A stretch of DNA of 64,000 bases from the human T2T-CHM13v2.0 reference genome, Homo sapiens. Position numbers and translations under genes: made by a program. The notes under the pieces were generated by a model. It saw nothing but the letters and a program-made list of their open reading frames with translations, was not told the origin of the DNA and searched no databases. The stretch is from the NCBI RefSeq assembly GCF_009914755.1, contig NC_060925.1, one strand, 5' to 3'. Positions within the stretch are counted from its first letter, which is position 1, and each line of letters opens with the position of its first letter. Below, piece by piece: positions 27,401-40,835 of the stretch.

Positions 27401-30400
27401 CATTTTCCAAGAGGAAACATGGCAATATTCAGAGCTAAACTGCTGTCACTTTCCTTCAGAAAACTCTACTGCAAAGATTTTTTTGTTGCCATCAGGCCTG
27501 TCCCTAACATTTGCAATTCCAGGAGCAAAAGTAGGCCAACACACCATGTGCCAAAATCTTTAAGGGTCAGAAATCAAGCTAACAAACTATTAAGTGAAAC
27601 ATGTTCTATTCTCTTTCTTTAACACATATACCTTCATAATGACCTGGATGGCCAGATTCAAATGTAGAATTTTCAGATTCTGGGGCATGCCACTCCTGTC
27701 CTTAACCTGCACCCCACTTCTCTTACCACCAAAAACTGTTTGCACCCCATGAAGGGCCTGGTGAACATACATGGAACATCCCAGCCAGATTGTCCAAGCT
27801 CCCTCCATATTATCTGCAATCAGCTGCCCCTTGGCTAGGCTGAGGATCTGAAGGTATGCCCAACCATAATACAACCCATCCTTGGATGCTCAGAGCGGAT
27901 GGGAAGGGCTCTGAGCTGGGCTCCCCAAAGCATGTTTTACAAGTTGATTGGGGCATTTCCTCTGGGCCATGTGAACTCCTTATTCAGTGGAAAGGGAGAG
28001 GTATTGGCCAAAGGCAGGCCAGAAGAGGGCTGCTAAAAGTGTGAACACCATATGATTTTCCAGAGCTGTTTGAGTTTTTATCATTAATATTTATTTAATC
28101 ATAAAAAGCTTAATTTTTCTAAAAAAGGAACTTTAAATGAATCAACACCCTTTTGTTCATTTAAAGAGTATCTCGTGTTTTTCTATGGGAAATATAAAAG
28201 TTAAGTAAGTAGAAAGTAAGATTTCTGGTCGTTTTAATTTTCTTCTTTGTCCTTTCCTATAGGCTATGTATTTTCTGCTCTAAATGTGTCCTGTTTTCAT
28301 GATTTTAAAAAATGGTAAAAATATAAAAGGAAAGCCTTCAAAAATAAATAGAAATCCCCCAATAGGGAATCTAATACTAATATTTACAGGTTAAAAAATT
28401 GATTTTCATTTTTCTCTAGTGAATCCAGGACATAATTTTCAAATGCTTTTCTCTTTTTTTTCCAACACACACACATGCACGCATGTACATGTTTCCGAAT
28501 CTTAAGAAATGAGTATCAGTTAAACGTTTCTCTTGTCACAACAGCAGATTTAACTTTGGATCTTTGGACACACCTGTAACATGTAAGACATGTAAATATG
28601 TGCCCAGACAAACTCTGTAGCTATGACCCTTGTGAGTTTTCCTCTCTGAAGTTCAGGTCCATGGTCAGAAGGCAGAACATCCACAGAGAGGGGCCAGCTG
28701 CTCCCTACAAGCCCGTTTTCACTTGCTAGGGTGCCTAGGCATCTGTCTCTGTTCCGATGGATATACTGACTTCCTGTAGTGTTTTCTAGACAGGAAATTT
28801 AATGAATATGGAGCTGCCAATGTCTAAGAGGCACGAGATCAAGTTCTCTGACTCAGCTCTAATGTGGGAGTGGGGAGTTTTCCAGTATTTGATTTATGGT
28901 CCTTACCTCCTTGGGTCCCAGGTTCTTCCTCTTGAAAAGCTTTTAGGACTTTTCCTCAGAACATTTCCCCTCTCCATGCTTAGGTCTCCTAATTGGATAA
29001 AACTGTTAGTATTATTAAATTTTTACTTTGCTAATTCCCAATACTTGTACAAGTCTTGATTTCTTCTGTCTGTAATGTTAAGTCTGTGATTAGAGTGATA
29101 TTTCATTTTTTTGTTCTTGTTTTTTGGGTTTTTTTTTTTTTTTTTGGCTTGGAACTAGCAGTAGGACATTGATTTAATTCAAATTCATTGTTTCTCAGTT
29201 TCTCTAATTCACTTCTTGTTCTTCATCTATAAGATTTCTTTTCTTAAGTTATGATCTTTGAGGACTCACATAGCAAGTGACCTAGATGAAAATATTTGTG
29301 GTTTTAAATAATTCTTATAGGCCCTGAGTAAACAGAGTTCTGATGAAGAGGTCATTTCTCCCTTCTCAGCAGTATGACTTCATTTTCAATACTATGCCCT
29401 TATGATCTGTAGATTTATTTCACCAATAATAAGACAACATAGTTAACCTCATGACCAGATAGTCTCTGTTTATCCCGTAACTGTGTCTTTTACTTAGCTA
29501 AGTGTTCTACAAAGCATTTGGAAAGTTTATTTTGCATGTTAGTATTTTTTGTGGGCATTTTCTTGGTTTTGTTTTCTTTTCTTAAAAGCAGTTCTTTCAG
29601 AAAATGAATCTCCAACTTTTATATTTTTTAAATTTCTTGTACTTTTTATTTGATACTGTTTTGAAATGTATATTATATGAAAATTAGGAGGATTGTTTAA
29701 GCAACAAATAAACAAAACAAAAGAAGAAGAAAAGGGGAAAATCACGTATAAATCCATTAAGATAATAATTGTTACTATCCTCATTTTAATGCACAATGAA
29801 AAATGGAAGGTTTTTTTCTTTCTCTTTTCCAAATACACTGCTACACATAATGGAAGCCTCTCCAAGGATAACCCTATTCATGAGCAATTATTCTAAAGTG
29901 TTTCATTTCTAAATATAGAATCTAGAATCTAAATGACATCATATAAACAGATATCCAAACCTCTTATGCCATATTAATGAAAGTGCTCATTTCTGTGTTT
30001 GAAGATATGTGGGTCTTATCTTTTTATACCATGTTTTGCCTGAATTTTATTTCTCCTTTCTGCATGATCCAGCCAGCCATACTGCCTGTGTAAATACAAC
30101 TCAGATTTTTTTTTTTCCTTTTGATACTCACAAATCCATCTTCAACATTTTTGATCAGTGTGCAGTGCATTAAATACTACAGCAGATGGTGCTTTTTGAT
30201 GATGTGTTTCTACATGAAGCAACATTTTGTCTTGTATGCTGCATTATCAAAAAATCAAACATGTAATTATGCAAATATGTATGCCTTTATAATAATCAAG
30301 TTTTATTGTAAATGGTTGATGCACATCAATTTGATCCTGTAGTGCTGTTTTAAGTGCGGTTTAAGTGGCTTTTCAGTGTACCCAGAGGCAACACAAATGC

Positions 30401-31639
30401 ATCTCTGGAATATTAATAAAATCCTGAATCTTTGAGACCCCAACTGGAATCTCATTGCTTGTACTGATTGAAACGAAATGCTAATCCTTTCCTTTAAAAA
30501 AATCCCCTTTGTTATTTAAAACACTGATATTAGTATGATATAAAGGGCCATTTTATTTTAAATTGTATTTTAATGTAGTTGTTAAAATAATGCCTAATCA
30601 TACTATATTCAGTCTTCACAATGTAAATTTGATGAGACATGAATCCAATCATTTTGCAACAATGAATGCAGTCATGTATTCTAACCAGTCCGGTTTTTCT
30701 AATTCCATAAATTTCTACTGCCAGTGGCTGTTTACCGGTTTCACTTTTGGATGCATTAGCTGTCTTTTGTGGGGACATGTATTGTGAATATTCATTGCAG
30801 AAACAATTGACTTCTTATTAAAAAAAATAAAAGAAGAAGGAGGAGGAGGAAGATTCTTTAGGTTGAATTCCTATGAGCAAATTCAAGCAGGAATACAAAG
30901 TAGACAGTGAAATTTTTTACTGAACAGAATCTGGGGTTTGTACATTGGATTGTTTCATGAATACATGAGAGTGCCCGCCCGACTCTCCCCAGATACAAAC
31001 ACTCACACATTCTGTTGTGGTTAAACTAAACAGATGGATGTGGGTACTGATAATCTATGACTGTAAATTATTTTTGCTTGTTTATTTCTTTTGAAGAGAA
31101 ATAAAAGGCTGAAAAAAGCAGAATACAAAAGGAAGCACAATGTAGCTTTAAAGGGAAGAAAATAACCATGTAATTTCCTTTTTCTATTTCCAGTTCTCCT
31201 TCGCTTTATGTTTACTTTGTTTATTGGGTTTACTGTAATATGGGTTGTGTTTTCAATGGCTGCCACTCCCTCACAAGATGAAACATGCACTTCTTTTCCT
31301 CTGGTCTCATGCCTGATCCCCTCTGCACTATCCTTCATCTTACCATAGAGCATTTCTCTCTTCCAAATATGTGGGTTTATTTGATGTTTTTCTTCCTTTT
31401 CACCTATTGTTTATATGTTGTCATTAAATCTCTGCCTCTTTTTACTTGCCTAGTGCAAAACTCTGACTCACAGGCTCTAAGGCACATTGCCCATATTCAC
31501 TGGGTCCTCCCTATTTTGGTTACATTGAGGGGTGACTTGTTTACTGTCCTATCTGTAGTGTGATGTCTTTGTAGAAAGTTACATGGCTATACCACCTTCA
31601 AAATTTTGTAACTCCATTTACGCCTTTCTCTGATCCATA

Positions 31640-31704
31640 AAGATCAAGATAGATCAAGATCAAGATCCAGGTAGATGGGTACATAGAGAGATGGATAGAT
31701 AGAT
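31640..31704 (+). repeat. Degenerate (GATCAA)n/(GATA)n simple repeat
   Basis: Seen directly. Confidence 0.7.
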
Positions 31705-34700
31705 TTTTTTATTGGCAGAAGTGTGGGGCATGATGGACTAGAGTCTTTTATTGCTTAGATATCTATGTATAACCACATATTGAAATAAAACCTCAATGAT
31801 TTGTATCTGAATATTTTAAAATAATGTTAATGCTCTATCTCTTTCTAAGAATATTTAAGAGCTTAAAACTTCCCTACAAGTACTCTCATAGATACCAATT
31901 ATTCACGTCATTTTGCATCCTCCAGGCCACATTAGTACTAGTCTAGATGACTGAAACTTAACTGTTGGGTGTGTCATTAAAAATTCTGAGTTTTATTATT
32001 TGTTACTATAATGGAATTTTCAATATAAAAATGGCACAATCCCAGGTCTATTTAAATTGCACACCACAGAGACATCTATGTTAACATACCTGTTAAGTAA
32101 TATTAGTGGCCATTTGTAAAGGTCAAGGCAAGCTCTAGCTGGTTTTCAGATTCCAATCTATGTCATTTCCTTCTCTGTCCATAATCAGAACTCTAGAAAT
32201 GGCTCCTGGATTCAAGAGGAACTCAGCCTGAATTTCTGTTTGAGTGCCCATTAGATTGAGGATTTTGTTAATGACCATGTTACCAGTGGGTTAAGGCTGA
32301 CCTGAAGATTCCTAGAAAAATGCCCATCTTTAAATTATGTTTGAATGTAAGTTATTTTATTTTAATTTTATATCCTTATGGGTAAGTTTTATGTAAACGT
32401 AAGAATAAGGATCAGTTATTTGGCCGGGGTGGGGGGGGTTGTTTTTTTCCAGTAGCCACCTTTGTTTTTGCAAGATGGGATTCATACATGATTTGAAACA
32501 TACGTTTGATGCTTCCATCAGTCCTTTTAATCTTTATGAGGAAAATCAATAGTATCCCTGGCCTTTTGATTGTTTTTAAAATATGCAAATATAATATGCA
32601 ACACATTTTTTTCAGCTTTTGAATTAAAAGTTAGATGACATGACATTTCAAGCTCAGTTTAGAGCTAAAAGCATGACAGTAACATACACAATTGTAGCAT
32701 TGATTTTAATAGAGTAACAAGAAATGTAGTCACATATTCTGCTTAAGTTTCTTCCGCAGAAATTGCTTCTGCATCAGAGCTTATTACAAATGCAATTCAC
32801 CAAGGTCTTATGGGTGACAAAGCTTTAATTAGCATCACATTGTTTTCTAATGTGATTTTGCACTTGTAAAAACAGGATTAGGAATCAAAATATACTTTTA
32901 TAAATGCCAATTTTAATTGCATTACTGATGGTGTGCAGGTCTTTAAGCACCCCACGCAGCTTCTCACATAATACCTATTTGAAGGATTAAGTGTAAAACA
33001 TAAAGAAAAGATGGCATATATTGTTCAATAAAACACCTTTAAATCAGAAGGGAAAATACAGTCGCTTATAGTACACAATACTTCATCCAACATCAGCGCC
33101 TTCTGAAGTCAGCACCCCCACAGAATTCAGTGCCCATAAAATAGGTAGTGCTTAGTAATTTGCCATTTTATTTCATAGCAGAAAATTAGAGCAGCAGTGC
33201 ACGATGGGCGTGCCTGCTTGAGAACAAGTCTCAAGACCTGCCAATGTCTTTCTAGGTTCTCCTTTAGAGAACATCTGCAATTTTTGTTTGAAATTTAACA
33301 TTCTTGCCACATTTATTTTACTTTTGTGTTTGTTGCTGTTATGTGTGATTCTGTGTATTCCCACCCCCAAGGGAACCCTTTAAGAAAGAGGCCATCTTTT
33401 TTTGCTCAGGGCATTTTTTAAAGAAGATCATGGTTAGTAGTTTAATCTTTGAATTAGAAATTTGTTGTTAAAAAAGGTCACAATATTTCGCCATTATACC
33501 ATATCTCTATTCTGAGTCCTTTAATAGACTTGTGCTCACTCACCTGCACCAGACACCTTCTATAGGTAAGCAACAACTTTTCCTCACCTTTTAAACAGAG
33601 CTGGATCCAATGACACAGTAGGGTTAAGCAATTTATCACAGGTTAGCCAATATTTCAGTTGGAAATATAAGACCAAAGTGTGTATTTCTATTTCTCAGCT
33701 TGCAGCTATAATTAGTAGACCCAAGAAAGATAAAAACTGGATATCATCTGAAAGGCTCGTGTTTGAAGAATAAATCCTGTTTTTCTTTTGTTTTGTTTTT
33801 TGTTGGTGAAGTAAATAAATAGTGCCTCTAAGCTTTGGTTATTTGGAGAGAGATTGGAACTGAAATGATCTTAGTTGAAAGCACATTTTAATTGTAAAAT
33901 GTTGCTTCAGTGCTGCAAGTGAAATGATTATTTGGAAAACTGATTCTTATTCTATAGCAGCTCTACATAGTCACAGCTATTTCCATAAACTATGTTTGTG
34001 TCCATTTAGCTATTTGCTTAAATCAGCGAAGAGAACACATTTTATGTTCCAATACAAATGTAATTGTGTTATTTATATTTGAGTTTTAGAACCTTAAGTT
34101 TTTAATATTTTATTACTGGTTTCCTCTTTTTAACTTCTTATTTTGAAAATTTTTCAAACTAATAAGAAGAATGCAAGAATAGTACAATGCAATGGATTGT
34201 TTTTAAATCTTTACTTTCTGGAGGGGGAAAACCTTACTGCTGGGTCAATGCAAATTTTTAGGCTTTTTTTTTTCATTCCTCTTTAATTGCTTCTTAATTT
34301 CTTATTGATCCACTAACTAAAGGATTATTGTTTGATTCACTGAGCGAGGCTGCAAGATTGTCTGGGTAAAATTAAATCAGTTGACCTAGCCTCTTTTACT
34401 AGAAATTGGGTTGTGCAATCATAATAGTTCCATGCACTCGATAAGACAAAGCCAGAAAGAAGAGCACAGCCAGGAAGCTCCATAACATGCATCCTACTTT
34501 AACTCATTGCCACGCTTTTCTATACACATTAGGCAGAGGAACTTTGTAGGAAAAATCCAGCCTTGTAGGAGAAATCCAATGGTGCTCAATTGCCATGAGA
34601 TTTTCTTTTATTTTGCTCTTATATTATGATTTAAATAACTAGATAAAAAAGGGTTGTCATTAAACTATACATGGGATACCACATACTGTGTCCAACTTTA

Positions 34701-35785
34701 ACCCATACTTTTTAATATCAATTTTTTCTTTAGTCTTAGCTGTCTCCTTTCTGTCTTTTCTTCACCCTACCCCATGCTCATTCTTGTCCCTGTGCCTTAA
34801 TTCCTGTTGTTTCTTCTCACTTGTGTTTCATTCAACTAATACAGTTAACATCTACCTTCTTTCTGCCTGTCTAAAGTCCTTGAGCACTTTCGAGTAACAA
34901 CTCAAGTCCTGTGATCTCAGGAAAGCCCCACCTGATGTGGCTAACCAAGAGCTGTCACTCCCTCCTATTACTCTGCTGCTGCTCCTATGCCATCTTGTAT
35001 AGTGGAACACCTTATGTAGCCTGCCTGATTATCCAATTATTTCATATATGTCTGTCTTACATATGTTCCATGTCTGTAGGTCTTGGGTTTTTATATCTGT
35101 TGTGTCACCCTTTCCCCACTTTGCGTAGGAATGGATCTTATTACACAGGCATATAGTGAAATAGGGAGTGGCCTGAGATCTGTTCAGAAGGCAGCAAGTA
35201 AGTTAGACAAGCCAGATCCTGAGGAAGGAATTCTAGGACCCAGCCTAAAAAAATACAGCCTGAAGAAAGTCAGAATCTGGACACAGCCACATGTGTAATG
35301 TTCCAGCAGCAAAAACAAAAAAGAATCTAGATACTAAGATGTGTCTGGACCTTCTGTGATTACAGGTATGTAAGGACCAGCCTCCAAGCTGATCCTGAAG
35401 TATGGACAGGTCTATACAGCTACTTGGAATCCAGTGGGAAAGTCTGCAGGGCATAGGGAAGTGAGGAAACAGGAACCTGACAGTTCCTGACAAATACGTA
35501 AGTAGTGCTTAATAAATGCTGGCTCATTAATTAAAGTCCATTCAAAAAAAGCAGTAATGACACTCCTCTACACCTGGTGCTAGCTCAAATTATGACAAGT
35601 GGATAATATTCAAGTTATATTCAACTAGCATGTACTTCCCTGATGTCTATCTGAATTTTTTTCTACCTTCCAAGTTTTCAGACATTATATACAAGGACCG
35701 TTGACCAACTAACTTCAGAGTCAGGAATAAAAATTTTGTGTGTTTTATATGCCTCTTCTTTTAGTAAGTTACCCCAGATTTCTTT

Positions 35786-36148
<363 letters not shown>

Positions 36149-36696
36149 TGAAGACAGTGAATATATTCATGACCAATTTATAGTCGTGATAGAGAAGTTT
36201 CTTTTTATTTTATGAACTATGGTCCTATAAGTGTGTACCTAGCCCCTATATGCCTACCTTTCAAATATTCCTAAGTGCTTCTCCTAATACCTGTGTGGCA
36301 GCACTTCAAACGTCTCACACATCTTGCTCACTGGAGAACTCTCAATCAATATTGGATTCTAAGACCTCTGACTCTGACATGAAGGCAAGTTTTGGAGGTC
36401 AATTTAAACCTCTGTTTTTCACCCATAGAAATAATGGTAGATATAGGTCATGGAAAACACATTAGCTTTGTTGCTAAGAGACATCAGTTCTAATTCTGCT
36501 CCATTATCAGTTCTCCATTTGGTCTTCAACAGGTTGCTTCTTTTGTAACTTCTCTGGACCTGTTTTCTTTCCTGTAATAGAAGGGAGTCAAATCTGTATT
36601 GACTAGGGTTCCATGTACTAGACACTGTTTTTTCTTCACACATAAATCCAAAATTTTAGGTCTAAATCTTATATAACTATGTTGATTTATGGGGAC

Positions 36697-37062
36697 TGAT
36701 ATGGTTTGTCTCTGTGTCCCCACCCAAATTTCATCTTGTACTTCCCATAATACCCACGTGTTGTGGGAGGGACCTTGTAGGAGATGATTGAATCTTGGGG
36801 GCGGATCTTTCCTATGCAATTCTTGTGATAGTGAATGGGTCTCATGAGATCTGATAGTTTTAAAAACAGGAGTTTCTCTGCACAATCTCTCTTTGCCTGC
36901 CGCCATCCACGTAAGATGTGACATGCTCTTCCTTGCCTTCTGCCATGATTTTGAGGCTTCCCCAGCCACATGGAACTGTGAGTTCTCCATTAAACCTCTT
37001 TCCTTTGTAAATCACCCAGTTTGGGTATATCTTTATCAACAGCGTGAAAACAGACTAATACA
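36697..37062 (+). mobile_element. THE1B-like MaLR solo LTR
   Basis: tgatatggtttg..gtgtccccacccaaat..cagcgtgaaaacagactaataca; perfect 5-bp TSD GGGAC. Confidence 0.95.
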
Positions 37063-37299
37063 GGGACAAATCAAAGTGCGAATGAAATGTATCCCAAGCA
37101 ACCTTATAATGTACTTGGTATGTTTTTGTAATTTTCTGGCAGTTTTGAAACTGAGTAGGAAATTTTTTTCAGATGGTTTAGTGATTTCTTGTTGGCTAGA
37201 TTGCTCTCTGGTATGGGGCATTCATTGTTGCCTATCTTATCCTTGACTATTTGAGATTATGCTTAATAGATTTGAATTTTTAGTCTCATAACTTAAAGA

Positions 37300-37555
37300 T
37301 AATAATATTGATCACAGGTCACATTTTGGGGCACTTCTTATGTGTTGAGCAGCATTCTAAATGCTTTAAATCTGTTGATTCATTCAGTCTTGAAAACAAC
37401 CTTATTACACATATTCCGTCATTATCTCCATCTGCAGACCAGGATACGGGGCACACAGAGCTTAAAAAGCTTGCTTGAGATTACCTAAGTAGAAGTTTGG
37501 GCTCTTCAGTTGGAAACCTGGCAGCATAGGTTCAGCATCCGTGTTTGACACCACC
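37300..37555 (-). mobile_element. MIR SINE
   Basis: gcacttcttatgtgttgagcagcattctaaatgcttta..aacaacctt..attatctccatctgcaga..ggcacacagag. Confidence 0.75.
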
Positions 37556-38059
37556 TTTCATCTTATTGTTCAAAGTGCCTGAAGAGAAAGCACGACCTTG
37601 GCTAATGTTTTCAGAATAGGTGAAACTTTTCACATATGCTAATAATCAAAATTTACTTATAGGGTAGCTGTTAACACTACAGAACAGTTGGCTAAATTTT
37701 CATACTTTGCGATTCCTACTAGCCAGCAGGGACTCTGAATGTGAATGCTAACACTCTGAGAATGCCACCCCATTTGGAATTCCAGGGAATGAACCATAAC
37801 AATCAACAGGGACACAGAACATCCCCACATCAAAGAGGTGAAGTTAGTCACAAGTGACAATTCGGTGTTAAATAATTAAATTGTCTTAGCTGTTAACTGT
37901 AAGTGAATGTTGTTTTTAATTGCACTTTAATAATGCCATGCCCTTTATAACCAAAATTAATGTTTTCTGTCTCTCTGTTTTTGAAGTATGTGTCAGTTTA
38001 ATTAAACTATTAATGGTAGACAGATTTTAACTACTTTGTATTCTTCATTAAATTGTATC

Positions 38060-38320
38060 TGTTCAACAAGCATAAACAGGAAGATGGAGTCGGTGAGGAG
38101 CAGATTCATATTCTGCCTGATAAATCACTCATCACCAGATAAGATGATGCCTTTTGCTTGTTTAGGTGCTTGCTCCCGGTGATAAACAAATCTACTTCCA
38201 GGTTAGATATTCATAGAGTTCATTTAAAAATAAAAGCAACTGCTCCTTTGAAAAAACTTGGACCAAGTAAAATGATTTGTTGCACTCTTGTGACACAGAT
38301 AACAACAAAAAAATGCAAAC
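38060..38320. promoter_or_regulatory. Candidate GATA/FOX/ETS enhancer core
   Basis: TAAACAGGAAG 38073-38083; WGATAA at 38118, 38137, 38180, 38297; TAAACAA 38183; unique sequence. Confidence 0.4.
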
Positions 38321-40111
38321 CTTGAAGACCTGTGATGATAATGGCTTTCAGTTCATTTGGGAACATGAATACCCTTCTTCCATCTAAATCTGACAATTTA
38401 GGGAAGAGGGACTGCAAGAGGGCTTGGCTTCCTCTCCTTCATCCTTTCTGGATTGCCTAATTATAGCTGAGTCTCTTGCAAAATGCATGAAACCAACTTA
38501 ACATAAAACAGCCATTTGTTTTTATTGCCAGAGATGACAATTGATAAAGTAAACACAGTGCATACCCCAAGCATCTCTTGGATTCAATTCAAGAGAATTG
38601 ATTGAGTCTTGGTTAAAGATCAGGAAGAACTAGAGCAGGATAATTTCTTGTCTCTTCAGCCCATGGATGACATATGCAAATAGAAAAGGGACCCTAATTG
38701 GCAAACACTTAAAGAAGCAGGACAGGATCGAAATTATACTTCTCTAGCAAGAAGAATGGCTAGGCTACATCTGCTGCATATAGTCAAAGATGTAACATGT
38801 TATAATAGAGACAAGTGTGTCCTTCCTTTGTGTGGCAGATCAATCAATAGCTTTTCATGTGATCTTGTTCACTATTATGTTAGTAATGAAACCCTCGTGT
38901 GATGTGACAACTGTGGAATAACATTTGGTCACAAAGCTGGTGTTAACAAGCACAACTGGCACTCTGGTAATTAGACTGATTTCTGGTCTCTTCTTTCACA
39001 AATTGTCGATAAGTGCAGTAAACAGGCCGTTGATTCCTCTCCAAACAGCTATATTAAGCTTCATATTCTTGGAAATTCATCTAGTAGGTTTGTTTATGAG
39101 GGCAAAGCCATAGAAGAGAAAATTAATTATATGACAATCTCTCCCTCATGGCCACCCTGTGTATGTGTAAACACATGTATGTATGCATCCATCTATCTAT
39201 CTGTCTATCTCTACTATCAAATTTTGTCAGTAAAATTCAAAGCATATATTAGCATATTTAGTTTTAATTAACTGGTAGTTGGCTGAGAACAAGATCCACA
39301 CAAACAGGGACCCAGTGCCCATCTCTGGGTTTAAGATTCACTGAAAGAAGCAGGGAGCTGTAAGCATACATTAAATGGAAAGCAGAAACACACACAAAAC
39401 TACCTCCTTTACACTTTTGTACAAGAGGAGCTCCATTTGAAACTATAATTAAGTTTAGCCCTGGAAAGAAACTTTAATATATGAACCTAATATCTTCCTT
39501 ATTATCCACTCTGACAATTATTTTTTGCTTTTAATGTTTTCTCCTACTATATGGATTTTCTGTAGAGGTGCAGGAGAAGCTATTCAATATAAAGCAAATG
39601 GAAATCTGATCCAACTATAGACAATCAGTGATCTTTTCTCTGAAAACTCCCCCACTGTTATCAAAAGACACTAATTGCATTTAAATGTGGGTGGCCCTGA
39701 GTTCTGGGTGAAGTTTTCCCAGATGGGACCCCTGCTTCATGGAAGCTCTGTTTGAACAGGCAACGCTAAGAAAGCCTGACTTGCCTCCAGCAGTCAAAAG
39801 GCAATTTTGTTTAAGGAAATCACCATTATATGATCGCTGGAAACATTGGGGAGCCAAAATGAATTCCTGGCAGACCAGGTCTTTTGTGAAGATTTTGTTT
39901 TAAGCCCCCTATGGTTCAGTCCATCCCTTCAATCCCAGATATTTGTTTGCTGCTTGGTGCACAGATGCTTAGAGACAAAATACATTTTGTCATGGCACGT
40001 TTTGTTGGATTGTTTTCTTTGCCTCTCAGACTTGGATTTTCATTCTCTGACAGGTTTTCAGATACCATTTTTGTTGTTGTTGAGTTCTAGTGGACATGGA
40101 TATTGAAATAT

Positions 40112-40288
40112 TTCCTTTTCTATTTCTTTTATATTTTTAGAAATGGGGTCCTGCTCCGTCACCTAGGCTGGCAGTACAGTGGTGTGATCACGGCTCACTG
40201 CAACCTTGAACTCCTGGGCTCAAGCGATTTTCCTGCCTCAGCCTTCCAAATTGCTGGGATTAGAGACATGAGCCACTGTGCCCAGTCT
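40112..40288 (-). mobile_element. Free Alu monomer (FRAM/FAM-like)
   Basis: Single monomer: gtcacctaggctgg..ggctcactgcaaccttgaactcctgggctcaagcgat..gagccactgtgcccag. Confidence 0.85.
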
Positions 40289-40536
40289 CTCCCTTTACAT
40301 TTCAATCATGTAAGTCGTGGAGGGTTAGTCCTCAATTGGCACAACTTGGGCACTAGGGGAGGTCAGTCAGCACTTTGAGTTTCTGCTCAAACTAGCTCTG
40401 GATATAGTCCTAATTTATAGATGCTAACTTAAGAGGTGAAACAGCCAAATCTAAATAGCCAGAAGTATGTCCCCACATAAAAGCTTAGACCAGGCTTCTA
40501 GACTACTGCAAATCCTTAACTCGTGAAAAGAGAATG

Positions 40537-40835
40537 GGACAGGGTGCAGTGACACATGCCTATAATCCAAGCACTTTGGGAGGCCGAGGTGGGAGGATCA
40601 CTTGAGCCCAGAAGTTTGAGACCAGCCTGAGCAACATGGCAAAACCCTGTCTCTACAGAAAATTTAAAAAATTAGCCAGGCGTAGTGCCATGCACCTGTA
40701 GTCCCAGCTACTGGAGAGGCTAAGGTGGAAGGATCACTTGAGCCCAGGAGGTTGAGGCTGCAGTGATCACGCCACTGCACTCCAAGCCTGGGTGACAGAG
40801 CAGGACTCTGTCTCAAAAATATTTTTTTAAAAAAG
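40537..40835 (+). mobile_element. AluJ element
   Basis: ggaggatcacttgagccca in both arms, gaggctgcagtga; TSD aaaagagaatg / aaaagagaaag. Confidence 0.93.

Noticed and set aside
28576-28605. p53-like repeated CATG half-sites
   Set aside because: Two or more mismatches per RRRCWWGYYY half-site
36526-37246. Longest ORFs in the window (154 aa and 117 aa)
   Set aside because: They lie over the THE1 LTR and give typical spurious LTR translations
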